Shown here piece by piece: positions 1 to 9,057 of a DNA stretch of 64,000 nt (the stretch's first letter is position 1; each line of letters begins with the position of its first letter). The position numbers were made by a program, and so were the translations under genes. The notes beneath the pieces are model-generated. The model had not been told where the DNA came from, did no database searches, and saw nothing but the letters and a program-made list of their open reading frames with translations. The stretch covers positions 12,440 through 76,439 of the forward strand of contig JAQBVF010000020.1 of assembly GCA_027623675.1 (NCBI GenBank), read 5' to 3'. This DNA comes from Chloroflexota bacterium. GTDB lineage: Bacteria > Chloroflexota > Dehalococcoidia > Lucifugimonadales > UBA3495.

Positions 1-1
1 C

Positions 2-283
2 AACCCCTACGCGGCGCCGATGCAGGCCAAGAGCCTGGCGGGACAGCCGCCCGCCTTGGTGATCACCGCCGAGTTCGATCCGCTGAGGGACGAGGGCGAG
101 GCCTACGCCAAGCGTCTGCAAGAGGCCGGGGTCGCCACCACCAGCACCCGTTACGACGGCGTCATTCACGGTTTCTTTAGCATGGGAGCAGTGGTGGACA
201 AAGGCCGGCAGGCGGTGGACGAAGCGTCCGCCGCGCTTCGGAGCGCCTTCTCCCGCGCTGGATCACCCAGCGCCGCCGACTAA
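2..283 (+). CDS. Alpha/beta hydrolase (HSL-family esterase/lipase), C-terminal part, 5' truncated by window
   Basis: [21 protein letters not shown] and HGFF carry the catalytic Asp/His motifs of HSL-type esterases; the frame is open to the window edge. Confidence 0.9.
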   Translation, partial: NPYAAPMQAKSLAGQPPALVITAEFDPLRDEGEAYAKRLQEAGVATTSTRYDGVIHGFFSMGAVVDKGRQAVDEASAALRSAFSRAGSPSAAD

Positions 284-316
284 CAACCCCCATACCGGGA
301 CCTACCGGTCAGCGAG

Positions 317-354
317 AAAGAAGGCCGCCGCGATCTTACGGCGGCCTTCTTTTT
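317..354. terminator. Bidirectional intrinsic terminator
   Basis: aaagaaggccgccg / cggcggccttcttt inverted repeat with T-tract between convergent genes. Confidence 0.8.
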
Positions 355-374
355 ATCAAGCCGGCGCGGGTGAC

Positions 375-1142
375 CTAGATCATCCGGGAGCCGCCGTCGA
401 CCACTAGAGTCTGTCCAGTCATGAAATCGCTGTCCGGCGAGAGCAGGAAAACCACCGACCCGACCAGGTCGGCGGGCGTCTGGTCCCGCTTGATCGACCG
501 GGCGCCCAGCCGCCGAGGGTTATTCGCTAAGAATTCCCGGGTCGGCTCATCCGTGCTCATAGTGAACCCGGGCGCGATGGCGTTGACGTTGATGTTGTGA
601 CTGCCCAATTCCCGGGCCAGCGACCTGGTGAGTCCGATCAGGCCCGCTTTGGAGGTGACGTAATGGGCTGCAAAGTTGCCGCCGTAGTAGATGGTGCTGG
701 AAGAGATATTGACGATCTTGCCGGCCCGTTCCAACTTCATGAAAGGCACTACCGACCGGCAGCAGAGAAAGGCCCCGCGCAGGTTCACCGACATCATCCG
801 GTCCCATTCGTCCAAAGGGATCTGCTCAAAGGCCACCCGGGCCATAACCTGGGGCCGTTGATAGAAGGCCGCGTTGTTTACCAAGCCGTCGACCCGGCCA
901 AAACGGTCCACCGTACCCCGGACCAACCTCTCGACGTCCGACACCTCTGAGACGTCGGTCCGGATCGAGACCACTTGCTTACCGCCAGCCACCATTGACG
1001 CGGCCAATGCTTGCCCGGCGGGTTCGTCCACGTCCGCGATAATCACCTGGGCCCCTTCTTCAGCCAGGGATTCGACATAGGTACGCCCGATCCCATTGGC
1101 GCCGCCGGTCACGATGATGACCTTGCCCGTTAGCCGGTCCAT
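375..1142 (-). CDS. Short-chain dehydrogenase/reductase (FabG-like)
   Basis: TGGANGIG, NNAA and YVTSK motifs; start placed at MDRLTGKV. Confidence 0.92.
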   Translation of the reverse strand: MDRLTGKVIIVTGGANGIGRTYVESLAEEGAQVIIADVDEPAGQALAASMVAGGKQVVSIRTDVSEVSDVERLVRGTVDRFGRVDGLVNNAAFYQRPQVMARVAFEQIPLDEWDRMMSVNLRGAFLCCRSVVPFMKLERAGKIVNISSSTIYYGGNFAAHYVTSKAGLIGLTRSLARELGSHNINVNAIAPGFTMSTDEPTREFLANNPRRLGARSIKRDQTPADLVGSVVFLLSPDSDFMTGQTLVVDGGSRMI

Positions 1143-1489
1143 AACTTTGCTCCCCTGCCAGGTGATTTTCGGGTGATTTATTACGGGTGATTTGATAAGG
1201 AATGCTCCCGCCTCGCCCGTTGACCGGGCGGGTCCTTGATATTGAAACACCCAAAAGTTGTTATGACCGACATGATTCGGAAGGATGGTCCCAGCTTTTG
1301 GTCTGGGTTAATGCCAGAATCCTGCCCATTATAGCAACCGATTGAATCGTAAACGCAGGTGTATCCGGCGATAGCAAGAAAGTTTATGTGAATACGGTCC
1401 GGTGCCGGGCTGGTCAAATCCGCAGAGATGCGTGCTACACTAACCCGCATTAAGCTGGGCAACATCATTTGGCTCCGTAGAGGTGCCCC

Positions 1490-2099
1490 ATGACCACAAC
1501 ATCGGCTGTCAGCGTCACCGTTTGGTACGACTACACTTGACCCTACTGTTACGTCGGCCTGGGTAGGCTCGACATGTTGGCCAAGGAGTTGTCATTCCAG
1601 GTTGAGCGGAAGCCGTACCTGTTGCGGTCCGAACGCCCCCCCGGAGGGCGAACCTCGCCGCCTGTTTGACGGAGAAACGGAAACCGACCTGAACCCCGAG
1701 ATGCAGGAGAGAGCTAGAGGCGTGAGTTTGACCATGCGCCGCCCGCGGTGGTCGCCCAACACCCTGCGCGCCCACGAGGCCACGGCGTACGCCAAGGAAC
1801 AGGGGAAGGACGACCGCTTCCACCATCTTGCCGCCGCGGCCTACTGGGAAAATGGGGCCGATATCAATGACTTGAACGTACTGAAGGGCGTCGTCGAGGC
1901 CGCTGGCATGGACTGGCCGGACCTGGCCCCACGCATCGAATCCGGCCAGTACCGTGATGCGGTCATTCGCGATTACGAAGCGGCCAAGGAGTTGGGAGTG
2001 AGCGGCACCCCCACCTACTTGATCGGCGGCGAACTCCACCGGGGCGACGTTAGCATCGACGAATTGCGCGGCGCGATAAGCGCAGCCTCCTCTGATTAA
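1490..2099 (+). CDS. DsbA/FrnE-family oxidoreductase, putative selenoprotein (U-P-Y-C), with +1 frameshift near 1626-1628
   Basis: GAGGTG SD, ATG at 1490, MTTTSAVSVTVWYDYT-TGA(1538-1540)-PYCYVG...KPYLLR, then continuation in the +1 frame PNAPPEG...GVSGTPTYLIG; joined product about 202 aa. Confidence 0.8.
1553..1573 (+). promoter_or_regulatory. Putative bacterial SECIS hairpin of the DsbA gene
   Basis: GTCG-GCCT-GGGT-AGGC-T-CGAC stem-loop starting 12 nt after the TGA, with a G-rich apical loop. Confidence 0.65.
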
Positions 2100-2132
2100 C
2101 CCAGCCAGGGCCGGGCTTGGACGATATTGCTC

Positions 2133-3308
2133 GTGACTCTTGATTCCACGGTGCTCGTCATTGGGGCGGGTATCTTCGGGCTGACCGCGGCGTTGGAGCT
2201 GCGGCAGCGGGGCCATCAGGTGACAGTGGCCGACCCTGGACCGGTGCCCCACCCTTTGGCGGCGTCCAATGATATTAGCCGCATGGTTCGCATGGACTAC
2301 GGCGCCGACGGCCTCTATTCTTCGCTGGGCGCGGAGGCCATCGAGGGCTGGCGCCGCTGGAATGCCCAATGGGGCCGGGAGCTTTACCACGAAGACGGCT
2401 TCCTGCTGATGACCAGCGTGCCCATGGTCCCCGGTGAGTTCGAGCAGGACTCTTTCAGCCTGCTTACCGGCCGGGGCTTCCCCTTGGAGCGCCTGCCTGC
2501 CGGCGGTTTGGCGCAAAGGCATCCCCACTGGAACTCCGAGCGCTACATCGACGGTTATTTCAACCCCAGGGCCGGTTGGGCCGAAGCCGGTGAGGTCGTC
2601 GCCAGCCTGGCCAAGGACGCCGCCAGCGCTGGGGTGTCTATCGTCACCGGATTCCAAGCCGTAAGGCTGCTGCAAGAGGGCGGCCGGGTTACAGGGGCAG
2701 TATCTTCGGACAATGCCGAACTCCGGTCCGACCAGGTGGTGGTTGCGGCCGGGGTGTGGACCACCGCATTGCTGCCCGAACTGGCAGACCGCATGTGGCC
2801 GGTGGGACAACCGGTCTTCTACTTCAAGCCGCCAAACGCCAACAGCTACCGGGCGCCGTCATTTCCACCCTGGGGCGCGGACATCCCCCGCAGCGGCTGG
2901 TACGGCTTTCCAGCCAACGCAGACGGCGTGATCAAGATGGCCAATCACGGGCCGGGCAGGCGGGTCAAGGCTGATGCACAGAGGGTGATAATCGCCTCGG
3001 AAGAAGCCTACTGCCGGGCTTTCCTGGCCGAGTCACTGCCACTGCTGGCTTCTCTTCCCATGCACGGCAGCAAGCTGTGCCTCTACTGCGACACCTGGGA
3101 CGGCGACTTCTGGATCGGCCGTGATCCGGAGCGGCAGGGCCTGGTGGTGGCGACCGGGGGCAGTGGGCACGCCTTCAAGTTCGCCCCGGTGCTGGGCGGG
3201 CTGGCCGCCGATGCGCTGGAAGGGGTGGAGAACGATTACAGCCAGCGGTTCGCTTGGCGTCCCCTCGGCCAGATCAAGAGCGAGGCTATCCGCTACGACG
3301 GCGGATAG
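2133..3308 (+). CDS. FAD-dependent oxidoreductase (sarcosine oxidase / fructosyl-amino acid oxidase-like)
   Basis: VIGAGIFG dinucleotide-binding motif, ASNDISRMVR, CLYCDT, GGSGHAFKFAP. Confidence 0.88.
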   Translation: MTLDSTVLVIGAGIFGLTAALELRQRGHQVTVADPGPVPHPLAASNDISRMVRMDYGADGLYSSLGAEAIEGWRRWNAQWGRELYHEDGFLLMTSVPMVPGEFEQDSFSLLTGRGFPLERLPAGGLAQRHPHWNSERYIDGYFNPRAGWAEAGEVVASLAKDAASAGVSIVTGFQAVRLLQEGGRVTGAVSSDNAELRSDQVVVAAGVWTTALLPELADRMWPVGQPVFYFKPPNANSYRAPSFPPWGADIPRSGWYGFPANADGVIKMANHGPGRRVKADAQRVIIASEEAYCRAFLAESLPLLASLPMHGSKLCLYCDTWDGDFWIGRDPERQGLVVATGGSGHAFKFAPVLGGLAADALEGVENDYSQRFAWRPLGQIKSEAIRYDGG

Positions 3309-3337
3309 GTCTTCGGCCCCGGATTGGGCGGACTTTT

Positions 3338-4417
3338 CTATTTTAGAGCGGCGGCTGGAAGTTCCTGGAGCCGGGGATTAACCTCTTTGGCAAAGAGCCG
3401 CATGCTCTTCTCAACCTCATCGTAGGGCATCCCGCCGAAGCTGAAAGCCGCCAGGAATGAGTCGGCGCCGGTCCTTGCCCGCGTGTCCATGATCTTCTGG
3501 TAACACTGCTCCGGCGTGCCCCATACCTGTAGGTCAAGGAAGAAGTCCTTCACGTCCTGGTCGCCGTACTGGTCGATCTTCTCGGTGAACTTCCCGTAGT
3601 ATTCGTAGCCCTTGGTCGTCTTCAGATGGTCGCTGTGGAATTCGTAATGGTCCATTATCGATTCCCAGTATTCCCCGACGTACTCCGTGGCCATCGCCCG
3701 CGCCACGTCTTCGTCCTCGTGACAGAAGGTGAAGCCGACAACGATAGGCGGCGGGGCCGGTGAGCCGTTGACCTCTTGGAATATCTCCCGGTACGACTTC
3801 AACTCTGACTCTACTTCGCTCCAGGGCTTCTGGGGGATGATCAGCATGCCCAGCCCCAACTGGGCCAAGGCCAAAGAGGACTCGGGAGACACGGCGGCGG
3901 CGTAGGTCCGGCCCCGGAAACTCTTGAACGGCTTGGGGCGGATGTCCACCCTGGACTGCTTGATGAACTCCCCGTCCAGTTCCGCCACGCCTTCATCCAA
4001 GGCCTGGACCAACATCTTGGCGCCTTCCGCGAACCTGGTGCGTGATTCGGCCATGTTTACGTTGAAGCCTTCGAACTCCACGCGGCCCAAGCCGCGGCCC
4101 ACGCCGACCACCGCCCGGCCTCCGCTGAGATGGTCCAAAACCGAGAATTGCTCGGCGATCCTCACCGGGTTGTGCCACGGCAGCACGACCACCATGCTGC
4201 CAAGCTGGACCTTTTCCGTGCGCCCGGCCATGTAAGAAAGGAACTGCAGAACGTCGGGGCACATGGTGTAGTCGGTGAAGTGGTGCTCCACTCCCCAGAT
4301 GGACTGGAACCCCAGGGGCTCCGCCAGGTCGGCCAGGCGCAGCTCGTTCTGGTAGACCTCCAGGTCGGTGCGGGACCGGAGGCGGTTCTGGAAGAAGATC
4401 GACGATCCGACGTGCAT
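3338..4417 (-). CDS. LLM-class flavin-dependent monooxygenase (luciferase-like)
   Basis: AEPLGFQSIWGVEHHF, LPWHNPVRIAEQ, DHLSGGR..GVGRG motifs. Confidence 0.92.
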   Translation of the reverse strand: MHVGSSIFFQNRLRSRTDLEVYQNELRLADLAEPLGFQSIWGVEHHFTDYTMCPDVLQFLSYMAGRTEKVQLGSMVVVLPWHNPVRIAEQFSVLDHLSGGRAVVGVGRGLGRVEFEGFNVNMAESRTRFAEGAKMLVQALDEGVAELDGEFIKQSRVDIRPKPFKSFRGRTYAAAVSPESSLALAQLGLGMLIIPQKPWSEVESELKSYREIFQEVNGSPAPPPIVVGFTFCHEDEDVARAMATEYVGEYWESIMDHYEFHSDHLKTTKGYEYYGKFTEKIDQYGDQDVKDFFLDLQVWGTPEQCYQKIMDTRARTGADSFLAAFSFGGMPYDEVEKSMRLFAKEVNPRLQELPAAALK

Positions 4418-4511
4418 CAGGTGACTCCAGCGGCCATTACGGAATGGGGGCGAATTGCCATCGTGAGTTGCGACTCAGTCTACAGTTCCGGGTCTTGGTC
4501 CGTCCACCGAT

Positions 4512-4539
4512 AAAAAAACGGCAGGGTACTGCCCTGCCG
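4512..4539 (-). terminator. Intrinsic terminator after heme-binding protein gene
   Basis: cggcaggg/ccctgccg hairpin with an A7 tract on + (U-tract on -). Confidence 0.75.
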
Positions 4540-4575
4540 CTTCTACGTTTGACCTATCGTCCGTGTGCCTGGAAT

Positions 4576-4992
4576 CTAAGCGCTTTCGGAGAAACCGCCG
4601 GCGACGATGCCTGCCCGGCTGCAATCCTCGTCTTCTTGAGCGGTGCCGCCGCTGCCACCGACAGCGCCGACGAGCTCGCCGTTCTTAAAGACCGGCAGCG
4701 CGCCCTGGCCGGGAATCATGTGGCCGCCCTCCATGGCCATGAACGCCCGGAAGATGGGGGCCTGGGAGTTTTCGGTCAGCTTGCCGCTGGCGGTCCCAAA
4801 ACTGGCCGCCGCCACCGCCTTGCCACGGGACACGGCTGGGGTGCGCCAGGGGGCCCCGTCCATCTTGAACATGGTGATCAGGTCACCCCGCGGGTCGACC
4901 ACCGAGATGCTCATCTTAACCCCTAACTCTATGACCTTGGCCTTGGCCCCGGCCAAAATAGCTTCGGCTTCCGCAAGTGTCAATGTAGCCAA
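4576..4992 (-). CDS. GlcG/HbpS-family heme-binding protein
   Basis: ISVVDPRGDL..MDGA, GKAVAAA, GALPV..GELVGAVGGSGGT..EDE; TTG start behind a GGAGG SD. Confidence 0.88.
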   Translation of the reverse strand: MATLTLAEAEAILAGAKAKVIELGVKMSISVVDPRGDLITMFKMDGAPWRTPAVSRGKAVAAASFGTASGKLTENSQAPIFRAFMAMEGGHMIPGQGALPVFKNGELVGAVGGSGGTAQEDEDCSRAGIVAGGFSESA

Positions 4993-5111
4993 AATGCCAC
5001 CTCCATAAATTGGGCTCTCTTGGAATCGCGTGTTCCGGGAGTCACGCGTATAGGCGCGACCACCGGGCAACATTGTAGGTGACAGGTAGGTTTGGGGAAA
5101 GAGGGGTAACT

Positions 5112-5149
5112 AAAAACGGGGAGGTTTTGTCATTCGAAGCCTCCCCGTT
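5112..5149 (-). terminator. Intrinsic terminator of the cohesin/dockerin operon
   Basis: aacggggagg...cctccccgtt hairpin with A-tract on +. Confidence 0.75.
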
Positions 5150-5190
5150 GCGCCATGGGTCAGATCAGGTTTAATGAATCGGCCAGCTGC

Positions 5191-5841
5191 CTACTGGAAT
5201 GTCACGATTGGCGACAGCGGGGCCAGGTCACCACCGTTGAATTGCCCTGGAGTGGTCTTGGTGAGGATATCCACCAGAGTGCTTGCGTTGAAGGCGGAGA
5301 TGCTTTCTAAACCCAGGGGCATGGTGCCGGCAGCGCCCTCCCGCAGTTTGAACCTGACCACGGCCACGGGACCGCTTCCGGTCATGCCGTCCACGTCGAT
5401 TATCCCGGCCCAGAGGCGGCCCGGTCCCGGCGAACTGGAGTCGATGAGGGCCTTTCCGGCCAGCGTTCCCCGCTCCAATTGGGCGAATTCCAACTTGGCC
5501 GGGTCAAATGTCAGTATGAACTCCAAACTACCCACATTGCTGGCCCGGGTGGCCAGGATGGGCACGGAGATCATCTTGGGGGTCGCGACCACCACTGGAT
5601 CAGGCGCCGCCGTGGCCGTGGGAGCTGCCCTTGGGGTTGCCGTTGGCTTGCCGACCGCCGCCGGTGTGGGGGTCGAAGACCCGCCCACCCGGTCCGGGCC
5701 GCCGTCGCTGCCGCCACCTCCGCCGAGAACTCCCACGGCGAACAGGAGGCCGATCAACAGCCCTACTCCGGCGATCGACCCAACCACCCATTTCCAACTG
5801 GAGGCTAATCCAATGAACGCAACTTCCAACAACCAGCGCAT
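5191..5841 (-). CDS. Membrane-anchored cohesin-domain protein
   Basis: N-terminal hydrophobic helix, Gly and Pro/Thr/Ala linker, then ISVPI..ASNVGSLEFILTFDPAKLEF..G..GSGPVAVVRFKL, a cohesin-like beta-sandwich pattern. Confidence 0.78.
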   Translation of the reverse strand: MRWLLEVAFIGLASSWKWVVGSIAGVGLLIGLLFAVGVLGGGGGSDGGPDRVGGSSTPTPAAVGKPTATPRAAPTATAAPDPVVVATPKMISVPILATRASNVGSLEFILTFDPAKLEFAQLERGTLAGKALIDSSSPGPGRLWAGIIDVDGMTGSGPVAVVRFKLREGAAGTMPLGLESISAFNASTLVDILTKTTPGQFNGGDLAPLSPIVTFQ

Positions 5842-5896
5842 CTGCTGCTCCCCTAACTCGGCCGAGCCATGTTTGAGATTATCCGGGCATCTTTTA

Positions 5897-8773
5897 TCAT
5901 AATGGGCGCGCCATGTTTAAGATTATCCGCGCATCTTCAACAGTAACTTTGCCGTCATCGTTGACGTCTAGCGATAGGTCTGGCGTCAATAGGTTGGACG
6001 CCATCTTCAGGGCCATCAGAGCGTCCATCGCGGTGATCAGGCTGTCCCCTCCGCCGTCGCCCTGTATCTTGGTGCCCACCTTGAAGTCGGCGCCAACCAA
6101 CTCCACCGCCAACGGGCCGCTGGCAGAGTGGTTCACCAAGGCATCGGACAGTGTTATCGGGCTGACAGCCCCCTCGGAGCCAATGACCTGGAATTGCACC
6201 ACGGCGGCCGTCCCTCCAGGTCCGTCGCCCTGGGTTAGGGCAAAGCCGAACCTGACCTGTCCCCGGGTATCTGTGTCGTAGCTGAATGAGTTTGGATTCA
6301 TCCTGGACCCACGTTCCACCGCGACCACCCTCAGAGAATCGGGGTCGTAATTCATGGTGAATCCCATGCTGGTGATTCCTTCGGCCTGGTTCAACTCCAC
6401 CGGCACCCGCACGATGCTGCCGGTGGGCGACACCCGAGATTTGAGGACCAAGGCTGTGCCGCTTGGGGTGACGACCTTGGGCTGAGGTTCCGTGGCGGGC
6501 GGCTCGGGAGTCGGTTTCGTGACCTTGGGAGCAACCGGCCTGGCATCGCTCTCACGGTTCACAGTTATGTGATAGGTCCCCACGGCTTTGGCCACCCTGC
6601 CGGAGGCTGAGACGGCCAGGGTGTACCAACCGGTCGCCGGGGCCTTCCATTCCAGGGATTGGTCCAGCCCGAAGTTGGAGGTGCTGAACCCGGCGGCCTG
6701 GTTCTCCACCGAGAACCGCACGCCTTCAGCGGTGCCCAAGGTTACGTCTACGGTGTACTTAGTTCCCGCATCGGCAGGGAAACGGAAGTAGTCATAGTCG
6801 TTGGCCGGGCTGATGGCCCCGGCGATGGCGTTGCCAAAGCCGATGCGCGTGCCCTCCTCGGGCAGATCACTGTGCCGGTCTTGCAGCGTGGTGTCGGGCG
6901 TGATCTTGAGCGAGTAGGTGCCGGTGGGTTCCGCCGCCTTCGGCGAGGCTGAAACCTTTACGAAGTAGGTCGCCGAGTTTGAGGCGGTCCAGCGGACGAT
7001 ATTACTCTCCCCAAAATTTCTGGCGCCGGCTTCCGGGATGCCGTCCAGGTTGGTTACTTCCAGTGAGACCGAAGTTGCTGATCCGTAGGTCAGGTCAAAT
7101 TCGTATTCCACGCCCCGCTCGGCGGGGAAGGAGAAGTAATCCAGGTCGGATTTAGGACTGATAGCCCCTTGGTAGATGGTGCCGAAGCTGACCGGGGTGC
7201 CGCTTGCGGCTGTGTCCAGATGCCGGTCTTCCAGGCTGGTGTTCGCCGTAACCGTCAACGAATAGGTGCCGATGCCCTGGGATGCCTGCGGGGAATAAGA
7301 CACCACCACATAGAATGTTCCCGTGCTAGCCGCGGTCCAACCCAAGGCGGTGCCCAACCCGTTGGTGCTGCTCAATGTGTCACCGGCGGCGTTCTCGATC
7401 GAGATGACAGCGCCGTTGGCGGTGATCAGGTCCATGCTCACCGAATAGTTGACTCCCCGTTCCGTTGGGAAGGAGAAATAGTCGCGGTCGGTCTCCGGGC
7501 TGATGGCGCCCTGATTGGCGCTGCCAAAGCTGATGGCCGAAGCCAGGGCCGGAATCTCGCCGTGATGGTCCTGCAGCGTGGTGTCGCTGCTCAGGTTCAG
7601 CGAGTAGGTGCCAATAACATTCGGGACCTGAGGCGAGGCCGAAACTACTGCCAGATAGCTGCCGCTGGCCGGCGCAAGCCACTCCAGGCTGGTCCCCACG
7701 CCACCGTTGGAGGCCAGGCTGATCTCGTCGGTGTTAAGGATGGTCAATTCGACGCCGTCTGCGCTGCCCAGCGACACGTCGAGCATATACTTCACGCCGC
7801 GCAGGGCCGGGAACGAGAAGTAGTCCCGGTCGTCGGCGGGGCTGATGGACCCCTGGTGGGCATTGCCGAAGCTGATCACCGTTGCTCCGGCGATGGTCTG
7901 GGAATGCTGGTCCATGAGGTTAGTTTCGGCGTTCAGCTTGATCGCGTAGGTGCCGTTGGAGTCCCGCACCCGGCTGGTGCCGGTAACCGAGATGTAATAG
8001 GTATTGTCGCTGGGAGCGATCCAATCCAGGGTGTTGCCGATGCCGTCGCTGGTCTTTTCCAAGCCGTCGAAGGGAGACCGGATGGCAATCTCGACGCCCT
8101 CTGAGGTGCCCAGATCAACCTCCACGTTGTACCTCACGCCGCGCCGTGCCTGAAACGAGAAGTAATCGTAGTCGTCGCCGCCGTCCACGGTGTTGGCCAG
8201 CTTGGGCTGGTTGCTCCAAGGGCTGATGGCTCCTTGGTAGATGTTGCCCGGCGATATCTGGGTGGCCCCGTTCCGGCCTTCGGAATGGCGGTCAATGAAA
8301 CGCGTGTCCTCAAATCCGCTTAGTGTGTAATCACCGAGGTAGAAGGAGTCGTCGAAGTTGTTGATGGTGCCCGACACTTCTACGTAATAGGTGTCGGTGG
8401 TGCGGGCGGTCCAATTTACGGTCTTCCGGCCGCCTTCGATGCTCAAGTCCTGACCCGGAGACCCGCCGTTGCCTCGGGCTAGAGAATTAATGATGGCGAT
8501 ATTGGCGGCCACCACCGTGGTCTCGTCCAAAACAAAGGTATATTGGACACCGCGCTGGGCCTGGAAGGAGAAATAGTCAACGTCGAAGAGGATGTCAGAT
8601 GGGTCGATTACCCCGGCGACGGCGCCAGCGCCGATCTTGATGCTGGTTGAAGTGAACCGGTAATCGCCGTGGTCGTCGTCGGCGTAGGCAGGGTATTGGC
8701 TGGAGAAGAAAGCCGCCACAATGATCGTTAGCAGCACCAGCGTCATCGTCAGCAGATGTGTTGATTTACGCAT
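5897..8773 (-). CDS. Secreted protein with six ~120-aa PPC-like repeats, Pro-rich linker, cohesin and C-terminal dockerin
   Basis: Signal peptide ending AYA; six DxH...G(A)I(S)P..DYF(S)F.A..G..Y...W.A...YY..V..GTY repeats; VRVPVEL..GITSMGFTMNYDPDSL cohesin pattern; GDGGGDSLITAMDAL and DVNDDGKVTVEDAR dockerin duplicated loops. Confidence 0.82.
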   Translation of the reverse strand: MRKSTHLLTMTLVLLTIIVAAFFSSQYPAYADDDHGDYRFTSTSIKIGAGAVAGVIDPSDILFDVDYFSFQAQRGVQYTFVLDETTVVAANIAIINSLARGNGGSPGQDLSIEGGRKTVNWTARTTDTYYVEVSGTINNFDDSFYLGDYTLSGFEDTRFIDRHSEGRNGATQISPGNIYQGAISPWSNQPKLANTVDGGDDYDYFSFQARRGVRYNVEVDLGTSEGVEIAIRSPFDGLEKTSDGIGNTLDWIAPSDNTYYISVTGTSRVRDSNGTYAIKLNAETNLMDQHSQTIAGATVISFGNAHQGSISPADDRDYFSFPALRGVKYMLDVSLGSADGVELTILNTDEISLASNGGVGTSLEWLAPASGSYLAVVSASPQVPNVIGTYSLNLSSDTTLQDHHGEIPALASAISFGSANQGAISPETDRDYFSFPTERGVNYSVSMDLITANGAVISIENAAGDTLSSTNGLGTALGWTAASTGTFYVVVSYSPQASQGIGTYSLTVTANTSLEDRHLDTAASGTPVSFGTIYQGAISPKSDLDYFSFPAERGVEYEFDLTYGSATSVSLEVTNLDGIPEAGARNFGESNIVRWTASNSATYFVKVSASPKAAEPTGTYSLKITPDTTLQDRHSDLPEEGTRIGFGNAIAGAISPANDYDYFRFPADAGTKYTVDVTLGTAEGVRFSVENQAAGFSTSNFGLDQSLEWKAPATGWYTLAVSASGRVAKAVGTYHITVNRESDARPVAPKVTKPTPEPPATEPQPKVVTPSGTALVLKSRVSPTGSIVRVPVELNQAEGITSMGFTMNYDPDSLRVVAVERGSRMNPNSFSYDTDTRGQVRFGFALTQGDGPGGTAAVVQFQVIGSEGAVSPITLSDALVNHSASGPLAVELVGADFKVGTKIQGDGGGDSLITAMDALMALKMASNLLTPDLSLDVNDDGKVTVEDARIILNMARPL

Positions 8774-8929
8774 ACCCCTACTCCCTTCCTCCGCCACCTC
8801 GCGCTCACCACGGGGGCTGCTCCACGGTCATCTTTGGACACGCGGGACCGAATGAGCGGGCGTCCGCACACTCCCGCAGACGCGGTCAGGAGAGCAGACG
8901 TTCCGCTGTTAGCATTGAAATTTGGTTGC

Positions 8930-8959
8930 ATTTTAAGATTAATATTAAATTATAGTCAA
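8930..8959 (-). promoter_or_regulatory. Putative sigma70-type promoter of the cohesin/dockerin operon
   Basis: TTGACT-N18-TAAAAT on the minus strand within a strongly AT-rich patch about 155 nt upstream of the ATG. Confidence 0.45.
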
Positions 8960-9057
8960 TTGAATACGACACCAGATAACACGATAATCACGCGCCACCA
9001 CAAGAATGGCGAAGGATGATTGGAAGGTATTGGCGTCTGGCGGCGGGGGTGAACCGG

